A stretch of DNA of 64,000 nucleotides from a virus: IMG/VR virus record IMGVR_UViG_3300025073_000042, positions 15,952 to 79,951 of that record. One strand, given 5' to 3'. How positions within the stretch are numbered: the stretch's first letter is position 1; each line of letters opens with the position of its first letter. This document shows, piece after piece, positions 57,285-64,000 of this stretch. A program made the translations under genes and the position numbers. Below the pieces are notes generated by a model, which had not been told where the DNA came from, did no database searches, and saw only the letters and a program-made list of their open reading frames with translations.

Positions 57285-58937
57285 ATGGGTGAGAGTCTGT
57301 TCGACTTGATTGGGGACTGTCGGGTGATCGGCCCCCCGGGGACCGGGAAGACGAGCTTCTTGACGAAGCAGATCGCCCGCGACGCTGATGTTCACGGAGC
57401 CAGCTCCGTCCTCGTCTGCTCCTTCACCCGCGCCGCGGCGGCCGAGATCGCGGGGCGTGACCTGCCGATCCCGGACGAAAACGTCGGCACCCTCCACGCC
57501 TTCGCCTACCGCGCCATCGGGCATTCCGAGATCGCCGAGACGCGCAAGCGTCTGAAGGAGTTCTCCGAGGCTCATCCGCATTACGCCATCGGCGCGGCGA
57601 AGTCCGCCGCCGACCTGGAGGACCTTGGCGGGGACTTCGACGGGCAAGCCCCGGGCGACGAGCTGCTGGCCGAGTACAGCCGCCTGCGGAACCTCATGCT
57701 GGATCGCGCGGCGTGGCCGCTCCACGTCGTGCGGTTCGCCGACGCCTGGGAGGCCTTCAAGCGCGAGACAGACACCATCGACTTCACGGACATGCTGGAG
57801 GTAGCCTACCACGACGCGGACTGCGCGCCGGGGAACCCGGCGGTGCTGATCGTGGACGAGGCGCAGGACCTCAGCCGCCTGCAACTCTCCCTTGTGTGGC
57901 GCTGGGCGAAGGCCGCTGAGAAGGTTGTCTTCGGCGCCGACCCGGATCAGAGCATCTACACCTGGGCCGGCGTCTCGCCGGAAGTCTGGGTCGAGGTCAA
58001 GCCCAAGCACCTCAAGGTCCTGGCCCAGAGCTACCGCGTCCCGCGCGCCGTCCACGCGCTTGCGCGGGGCTGGATTCAGCGGCTGACCGATCGCGAGGAC
58101 TTCGAGTACCACCCGCGCCTCGAAGCGGACGGGTCCGTCGCCGAGGGCCTCGTGCGCCAGGAACCGTATCAGTGGACGGAGCCTGAACTCCTCGTCGAAG
58201 ACGCCGCGCGGCAGGTCGCCGAGGGGCGGAGCGTGATGGTCATGGCTGCCTGCGGGTACATGCTGGAGCCCCTGGTCCGGGCCCTGCGGGCCGCGGCCGT
58301 CCCCTTCTCTAATCCCTGGCGGAGGAAGCGGAGCGACTGGAACCCCCTGTACCGCGCCGGAGAGGGCACGACGATGGACGCCATGAAGGCGTTCCTCGCC
58401 CCACACCTGCCGGATGCGCAGGAGGCCTTCTGGACGCCGCGCCAGCTCGCCGCCTGGGCGAAGTTGACCCGGGGCGCTTTCAAGCGCGGCACGAAGATGA
58501 AGCTCACGGCGCTCGAAGACTGGACTCCGCAAGCGGAAATCGTCCTGCGGGTCGCTGAGTCGATGAGCGACGAGGACTTCGCCGGCGCGACGGCCCCGTT
58601 CCCCGACTGCTTGAGGTGGCTGCACGCGAAACTGGCCGAGGTCCGCAAGCGCCCGGCGGAGTACGCCCTGCGGGTGGCGGAGGCCGCCGACCGACCTGAC
58701 GCGCTCGACGAGGAGCCGAAGCTCTGGGTCGGGACGATCCACAGCTTCAAGGGGGGAGAAGCCTCGTGCTGCTACGTTTTCCCGGATACGAGCCGCAAGG
58801 GCTTCGACGGGTTCCTCCGGGATCCAGGCCCGACGGTCCGGCAGTTCTACGTGGCGTTCACGCGGGCACGGGAGGAACTCGTGCTCTGCGACGGGGCGAC
58901 GCCGCTGAGGGTGGCGTGGCCGAAGACCGAGGAGTGA
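57285..58937 (+). CDS. UvrD/Rep-like SF1 helicase
   Basis: GPPGTGKT, FTR.AA.E, TLH, DEAQD, D.DQSIY, QSYR, TIHSFKGGE and YVAFTRAR. Confidence 0.92.
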   Translation: MGESLFDLIGDCRVIGPPGTGKTSFLTKQIARDADVHGASSVLVCSFTRAAAAEIAGRDLPIPDENVGTLHAFAYRAIGHSEIAETRKRLKEFSEAHPHYAIGAAKSAADLEDLGGDFDGQAPGDELLAEYSRLRNLMLDRAAWPLHVVRFADAWEAFKRETDTIDFTDMLEVAYHDADCAPGNPAVLIVDEAQDLSRLQLSLVWRWAKAAEKVVFGADPDQSIYTWAGVSPEVWVEVKPKHLKVLAQSYRVPRAVHALARGWIQRLTDREDFEYHPRLEADGSVAEGLVRQEPYQWTEPELLVEDAARQVAEGRSVMVMAACGYMLEPLVRALRAAAVPFSNPWRRKRSDWNPLYRAGEGTTMDAMKAFLAPHLPDAQEAFWTPRQLAAWAKLTRGAFKRGTKMKLTALEDWTPQAEIVLRVAESMSDEDFAGATAPFPDCLRWLHAKLAEVRKRPAEYALRVAEAADRPDALDEEPKLWVGTIHSFKGGEASCCYVFPDTSRKGFDGFLRDPGPTVRQFYVAFTRAREELVLCDGATPLRVAWPKTEE

Positions 58938-58979
58938 ATGAAGAGGAGTAATGAGTGAGAGACGGCGAGAGGGGACGCG

Positions 58980-60089
58980 ATGAGTAGTCTTGCAGCTCCC
59001 ATGCCCTACTTCGGCGGAAAGTCCCGCATCGCTCCCTACGTCTGGTCGCGCCTCGGGGATACGCCCAACTACTGCGAGCCATTCCTGGGTTCGGCGGCTA
59101 TGCTGCTCGCGCGACCCGACGAGCATGAGTGGTGGGACCGTACCGAGACGGTGAACGACGCCGACTCGTTCCTCGCGAACACGTGGCGGGCCATCCAGCA
59201 GGCCCCCGAGGAGGTCGCCCGTTGGGCCGATAGTCCGGTCATCGAGCAGGACCTCCATGCCCGACACGTCTGGCTGCGCGGGGAACGGTCGGAGTTGACG
59301 CGCAAGCTCGAAGGTGACCCGGACTTCTACGATCCGAAGGCCGCGGGCTGGTGGCTGTGGGGGATGTGCTGTTGGATCGGCGGAGGTTGGTGCGGACCCT
59401 CGGGCAACGGTCCCTGGGAGTCCATTGACGGGGAGTTCGTGAAGACCTCGGGTGCCGGGCAGAAACGCAAGCTCCCGCACCTCGGGGACGCGGGGATGGG
59501 CGTGCTCCGCAAGCGCCCGCACCTCGGGGACGCGGGGAGGGGCGTGCACCGCCAGCGCCCACACCTCGGGGACGCGGGGAGGGACTCCGCCGATACCGTC
59601 TGCGAGGACTGGGCCGAACACCTCGGCGACTACATGCGCAGCCTCGCCAACCGCCTCCGCCGCGTCCGCATCTGCTGCGGGGATTGGTCGCGCATCATGG
59701 GGCCGACGCCGACGGTGAAGTTGGGCTTGACAGGCGTCTTCCTCGACCCTCCCTACGACCTCGCCGAACGCGACGAGGGCTGCTACTCGACAGACTCCGA
59801 GGGCGTTGCGCGGGATGTGCGGCAGTGGTGCGTGGAGCACGGCTCCGACCCGAAGCTCCGCATCGCGCTCTGCGGCTACCGGGGCGAGGGCCACGAGGAA
59901 CTCGAAGACCTGGGCTGGGAGCCCTGGTACTGGAAAGCGAGAGGCGGCTACGGGTCGCAGGCCGACGAGAACGGGAGGGGACGCGCGAACTCGGCGAGGG
60001 AGTGCGCGTGGTTCAGCCCGCACTGCCAGCCAGACGCGGCGAAGATGCCGGAGCCAGACCTGTTGACGTGGAAGGACCGCACGCCGTGA
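58980..60089 (+). CDS. DNA adenine methyltransferase (Dam/D12-like)
   Basis: PYFGGKS, EPFLGS, VND and FLDPPY. Confidence 0.88.
   Translation: MSSLAAPMPYFGGKSRIAPYVWSRLGDTPNYCEPFLGSAAMLLARPDEHEWWDRTETVNDADSFLANTWRAIQQAPEEVARWADSPVIEQDLHARHVWLRGERSELTRKLEGDPDFYDPKAAGWWLWGMCCWIGGGWCGPSGNGPWESIDGEFVKTSGAGQKRKLPHLGDAGMGVLRKRPHLGDAGRGVHRQRPHLGDAGRDSADTVCEDWAEHLGDYMRSLANRLRRVRICCGDWSRIMGPTPTVKLGLTGVFLDPPYDLAERDEGCYSTDSEGVARDVRQWCVEHGSDPKLRIALCGYRGEGHEELEDLGWEPWYWKARGGYGSQADENGRGRANSARECAWFSPHCQPDAAKMPEPDLLTWKDRTP
59475..59583 (+). repeat. In-frame 42-bp tandem repeat (PHLGDAG x3)
   Basis: Units start at 59475, 59517 and 59559. Confidence 0.9.
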
Positions 60090-60153
60090 CCTCCCCGCCT
60101 TCCGGCGGGGCCAGTCCCGCTGACGCGGGATACAGAAAGGAGCCGTGAGACAC

Positions 60154-60471
60154 ATGGGCCAGGACCCGATGGGATGTGGCGGGAGCCGGATGGAGGAGGG
60201 AGCCGCGATCGCCGGGGAGCGCGTCAAGCTCGGCGGACTGGTGGCGGACGGTTTGGAGCACGTCGCGACGTTGGGCTATTCCACGCCGTTGACGCAGGCG
60301 CTGGGGCAGGCCGCGAACGAGGCGCATGAGGCCCTGGACGCCGTGCCGCCCTCCGGCTACGCCGAGACGCCCTCGCAGCGCCGGAAGCTCGACGGCATGA
60401 TCGGCGAGGTGATGGACGCCCTCCGCGCGGCGCGCGCGGCGCTGAAGGCGAAGCCCGAACCCGGGGCTTGA
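60154..60471 (+). CDS. Hypothetical protein
   Basis: SD AAAGGAG upstream; exact start uncertain. Confidence 0.45.
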   Translation: MGQDPMGCGGSRMEEGAAIAGERVKLGGLVADGLEHVATLGYSTPLTQALGQAANEAHEALDAVPPSGYAETPSQRRKLDGMIGEVMDALRAARAALKAKPEPGA

Positions 60472-60496
60472 CAGGCCGTTGACGTTGCGCTATACT
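60468..60496 (+). promoter_or_regulatory. Promoter of the same family
   Basis: TTGACAGGCCGTTGAC; TTGACA-17-TATACT, followed by GTCAA. Confidence 0.7.
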
Positions 60497-60582
60497 GTCA
60501 AGCATAAGGCCCGACAGAGCGGGCGGCGGAGGACGAGAACCCCAGCCCCGCCGCCCGCCCCAACAGAGAGGAGTGATCCGCC

Positions 60583-61746
60583 GTGCTCGTGAATCCGCAG
60601 ACGTTCGCTCAGACGATCAAGGCCGCGCTCGCGGCTGTCCGGCCGTTGGGCGAGCAGTTTCCGCAGTACCTCGGCAAGGGGCATTTCCGGACCGGCGGCA
60701 AGCGGTCCTGCGCGCTGGCCGCCGTGGACGGCGAGCTGCGCGTCCTCGCCGAGGGCGAAGACCGCCTGGCCTGGGGCGTCGTGCCGCTGGAGGGCGAGCC
60801 GCCCATCGGGAACGCGACCTTGAGGATCGACCTCCCGCTTCTGCGTTCCGCATTGGAGTCCTTGAGCTACGAGCCGCAGGTCGATGTGGCCCTCGCCGAC
60901 GGCCGCCTACATATCGCCGCCCCGACCGCGAACCTCGTCTTGCCCGCTCCCGAGATCGACGCGCCCAACCTCCCGACGCTGGCCGCCGCGCAGGCCCTGC
61001 CGGACGGCGCCCTGCGAGCGGCGCACGTCCTGCTTCCGTATCTCTCGAGGGACGATACGCGGGCGGTGCTGATGCACGTCCAGTTCGCGCATTCCGCCGG
61101 GCAGTGGTCCGTCGCGGCGACCGACACGCATCGCCTCGGGGTCGTGCGACTGGACGGGCCAGGCGAGGCGCCCGAGGCCTTTCGCGAGGTCCTGATCCCG
61201 CTCGACGTGCTGAAGTCGGCTCCGACCTTCCTTGGCGAGGGCGCGCAGATGTACACGACGAGCGATCCGGCCTGGGTCGCGCTCGCTTCGCCGCGGGCGA
61301 CGGTCCTCTGGCGGAAGCACGTCGGCGCGTTCCCCGACTGGCAGAAGGTCCTCGATTATGAGAAGTCGCCCGTCGGCCATGCCGAACTGCCCATCGCCGC
61401 GACGCTCCGCGCGCTGAAGACGGCGGACGTTGTGGGACGCGACGACGCAGATCGTGTGAGGATCTTGGATGCGGGCGATAGAACGACGATCGTCGCCGAG
61501 TACCGCGATGAGCAGGCCCGTGCCGAGGCAGCCGTCGAAGGCGCGACCTGGGTCGGCACTCAGCGGGAGGTCAACCTCAACGGCGCGTACCTCGCGCAGA
61601 TACTCCGCGCGCATCGCGGACTCGGGGCGAAGACGGCGCGGATCACGCTGCACGGCGCGCTGAACCAGGTGCAGATCGAGGGCGTCGAGCCGCCGGCCGC
61701 GTCGGCGCTCAGCTTCAAGAGTGTCGTCATGCCGATGCAGAAGTAG
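60583..61746 (+). CDS. dnaN: DNA polymerase III beta-clamp-like protein
   Basis: SRDDTRAVL..V, AATDTHRL, G.FPDW.KV, LNG.YL..IL and C-terminal VVMPM. Confidence 0.85.
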   Translation: MLVNPQTFAQTIKAALAAVRPLGEQFPQYLGKGHFRTGGKRSCALAAVDGELRVLAEGEDRLAWGVVPLEGEPPIGNATLRIDLPLLRSALESLSYEPQVDVALADGRLHIAAPTANLVLPAPEIDAPNLPTLAAAQALPDGALRAAHVLLPYLSRDDTRAVLMHVQFAHSAGQWSVAATDTHRLGVVRLDGPGEAPEAFREVLIPLDVLKSAPTFLGEGAQMYTTSDPAWVALASPRATVLWRKHVGAFPDWQKVLDYEKSPVGHAELPIAATLRALKTADVVGRDDADRVRILDAGDRTTIVAEYRDEQARAEAAVEGATWVGTQREVNLNGAYLAQILRAHRGLGAKTARITLHGALNQVQIEGVEPPAASALSFKSVVMPMQK

Positions 61747-61776
61747 CCGCGTCGCTGGAACTACTGGAGGGGAGCC

Positions 61777-62763
61777 ATGAGTGACGTACCGTGGAGCCGT
61801 GGAGCCGTGGAGGCGCTTCGGGATACGATGTCCAGGTTCCGCATCGGCGACACAGAGGACGGGCGGGCGCTGACGGCCCTGCTTGAATGCCTGCGCTCCG
61901 ACCTCGCCCGCGCTGAACAGGCGGAGCCCGATGCCTCGGACTGCCGGTGCGGAGAGTGTGGTCTGTGCGGCAATCCCAAGCCGAAGGGGGACGCTCCCAA
62001 TCAGACCTCACTGCCCCTGTCGCCGCTGGTCGCCGAGGCGGTCTCGCGGGCCATTGGGGATCCGGCCGACTGGAAGGCGCTCGCGCCGGATGGGGAGTGC
62101 CAGCACTGCCACTTCACCAGCGGGCGCGTGATACCACCTCCGTGCTTCCAGTGCAGCATCACCCTCGACCCGTGTCCCCATTACCGCGAGAGCGAGTCGG
62201 AGCGCCGCCGATTGCAGTCCGCCTGTCGACTCGGCGCCCTCGCCGCCGAGAACGCGCGGCTGCGGGAGCGGGCGGCGGACCGCGATTACTGGGCGGACAG
62301 ATGCAAGTCCGCCGAGACGGAGCGCGGAGAGCAGTACCGCCTAGCGGAGCAAGCCGAGGCCCGCGTCGCGGGACTGGAGGCCGCGCTCGCCGAGGCTAAC
62401 CGTCGCGCCGAGGCAGCGGAGGCGAAGCTGAAGCGGGCGTACCTGCTGCCTGTCGTGAACCCCGATGTTCCGCGCCCCGAATGGGCAAGCCGAAACTACT
62501 ACGTGCAGGCCCTGAAACAGGCAGCCTACTGGGCGACCGAACATCGGCACTTCAGCGGGCCTCCGTTCCGCGAACTCGCCGCCTCCATCGAGCGTGGCCC
62601 CGAGGGCGGCCCCGGCTGGTGGGTGACGACTGAGAAGGTGCGGGAGGCGCTGCTCAATACCGCGCCCAAGCATATCGTTGCGGTGCGGAGTGTGCTCGCA
62701 GCCATCGGCATCCCCGCCGCGTGGCCGGAGTACGAGCAGGAGGCCTCCGATGGCAAAACCTAA
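61777..62763 (+). CDS. Hypothetical protein (Cys clusters, coiled coil)
   Basis: 328-aa ORF with SD. Confidence 0.55.
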   Translation: MSDVPWSRGAVEALRDTMSRFRIGDTEDGRALTALLECLRSDLARAEQAEPDASDCRCGECGLCGNPKPKGDAPNQTSLPLSPLVAEAVSRAIGDPADWKALAPDGECQHCHFTSGRVIPPPCFQCSITLDPCPHYRESESERRRLQSACRLGALAAENARLRERAADRDYWADRCKSAETERGEQYRLAEQAEARVAGLEAALAEANRRAEAAEAKLKRAYLLPVVNPDVPRPEWASRNYYVQALKQAAYWATEHRHFSGPPFRELAASIERGPEGGPGWWVTTEKVREALLNTAPKHIVAVRSVLAAIGIPAAWPEYEQEASDGKT

Positions 62764-62968
62764 GACCTTCGCGGTGCTGGGGCCGGGGGGTATCACCGTG
62801 CACTACGAGTCATCCTACCAGCCGGCGGATGGTCGCCGGAATGCCATGTGCGCGAGGATGTGGCCGCTGGCGAAGACGCGAAGCGGGAAGCCCGCGGCCG
62901 GGACGCTCTGCGAGGGCTGCGCCCGCGCGCAGAAGTTGAGTGTCGTCGGACTGGAGCAGCACGGTTAG
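62750..62968 (+). CDS. Hypothetical small Zn-binding protein
   Basis: H...C...CEGC; SD AGGAGG. Confidence 0.45.
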   Translation: MAKPKTFAVLGPGGITVHYESSYQPADGRRNAMCARMWPLAKTRSGKPAAGTLCEGCARAQKLSVVGLEQHG

Positions 62969-63235
62969 TCAGGATGCAGGCGGCATTTCTGAAGGATGAG
63001 TGGCCGCAAAGGTTGCAGGAGATGAAGGCGGTCCTCGAAGCCCTCGGCCTCTCGGCCCTGCTCGAAGCGCCGGGAGAGATGGACTGAGCCTTGCCGGTCG
63101 GCCCCGTGTCGGCGGGGGCGAAGTCGGGCGGGGTCTGGCGGCCTCGTTATCGCGAATGAGCGGTCGCTGCTCCCGACGCTGTAGGCGACCTTGACCGGCA
63201 CACTTTCGCGGGAGACCGCAGAGAGGACGTTGAGT

Positions 63236-63370
63236 ATGGCCCACTGGTACACATGCGAGGAGTGCGAATGGCACGGGAGTACGTCGCTCCACGAGGGCGG
63301 GATGGTCTGCCCCGAATGTGGAGGTCATCTGATCTACGATGGCGGGGAGGACGACGACGAGGACGAGTGA
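63236..63370 (+). CDS. 44-aa zinc-ribbon peptide with acidic tail
   Basis: MAHWYTCEEC...VCPECGG...EDDDEDE; SD AGAGG; below ORF-track cutoff. Confidence 0.55.
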   Translation: MAHWYTCEECEWHGSTSLHEGGMVCPECGGHLIYDGGEDDDEDE

Positions 63371-63499
63371 GCTTTCGCGGGCGACCGCGAGCCCGGACGG
63401 TAGGCCCCCAGCGGTCCTCCAATGGAGACCAAGGGCATGGTACCGGGGCCGCTCCTTCAACGGGGCCTACCGGCCAATCGGGCGAACATAGGAGGCGAC

Positions 63500-63730
63500 A
63501 TGAGCAGGCTTTCGTACTTTGATGATTACCCCCCACACGGCCAGTGGTTCCGCCTGTCAACCGAGGGGAGCGGGGACCAAGAGCGAGTGCTTGTCGAGTG
63601 TCTCGCGCTGCCGAGTCCGGTATTCGACGGGTACATGTCCTGCATGGCATTCCTGAGCGACGTAACCTGCGAGGAGTGCCCTGTCGGGCGATTGGCCGAG
63701 AGGGCGGATACAGAGCCCCCGAGCCGATAG
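63500..63730 (+). CDS. Hypothetical protein
   Basis: SD AGGAGG. Confidence 0.5.
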   Translation: MSRLSYFDDYPPHGQWFRLSTEGSGDQERVLVECLALPSPVFDGYMSCMAFLSDVTCEECPVGRLAERADTEPPSR

Positions 63731-63758
63731 CCGCGATCCTGCGACGGGAGGGGAAGGC

Positions 63759-64000
63759 ATGAACCAGGACCGAGAACCTACTTGGCAGGACCGGCTTCGC
63801 GACTCGCTGCTCGAATGGGCGGACGGGGCATTCAACGATGAGGGGACCTTCAACTTCGCACTCGGCTCCCGAGAGACAGAGGACTGTCCGGTTCGGTACT
63901 ACGGCTTCTGCGCGTTGCAGGAAGGGCCGACCCAGACGGACTGCGAGACGTGCGAGATGAGCGACTGTTTCAAGGGTGGAGGGCCTCCACTCGAAAGCGG
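63759..64000 (+). CDS. Hypothetical protein (3'-truncated by window edge)
   Basis: ATG after GGAGGGG; frame open to window end. Confidence 0.45.
   Translation, partial: MNQDREPTWQDRLRDSLLEWADGAFNDEGTFNFALGSRETEDCPVRYYGFCALQEGPTQTDCETCEMSDCFKGGGPPLES

Noticed and set aside
56970-60227. Long minus-strand ORFs (also 2879-4513, 11728-13557, 20281-22164, 26036-27928, 31986-33545, 34642-35856)
   Set aside because: Antisense shadows of well-supported + strand genes in high-GC DNA; no recognisable motifs.
5313-60580. Recurrent AGAGAGGAG(TGATCC) motif as a novel repeat
   Set aside because: Always sits just before start codons and complements the 16S 3' end; an extended Shine-Dalgarno sequence.
1-64000. 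Integrase, att sites, CI repressor, DGR reverse transcriptase or tRNA genes
   Set aside because: None recognisable in this window, so lifestyle (temperate vs lytic) cannot be called.

Overview
This window is a high-GC tailed-phage (siphovirus-like) or prophage segment, with essentially all genes on the + strand. Gene order is: terminase large subunit 3' end, portal, head morphogenesis, protease/scaffold, major capsid, neck, tail tube, chaperones, tape measure and tail/adsorption proteins. These are followed by an accessory block (glycosyltransferases, a solo-TnpB IS, a prepilin/H-X9-DG gene, a DUF4091-like protein, a mini class I aaRS-like protein, a nucleotide-sugar dehydrogenase), a lysis cassette, an HNH gene and an early/replication block (SMC-like ATPase, SNF2 helicase, SSB-like protein, primase, UvrD-like helicase, Dam-like MTase, beta-clamp). 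The host is plausibly Armatimonadota (inference). The most striking feature is a self-contained cassette at 7913-9067: a consensus sigma70 promoter, a structured leader, a four-unit array of strictly phased GGY-NN pentamer tracts, a solo Cas7/RAMP-like gene and a terminator. It looks like a phage-encoded, non-CRISPR RNA-guided system (VIPR-like). Also notable are a promoter-to-terminator structured ncRNA just upstream and a TnpB whose predicted guide is a diverged copy of its own upstream promoter/5'UTR. All protein calls come from motif recognition by eye; no database searches were run.
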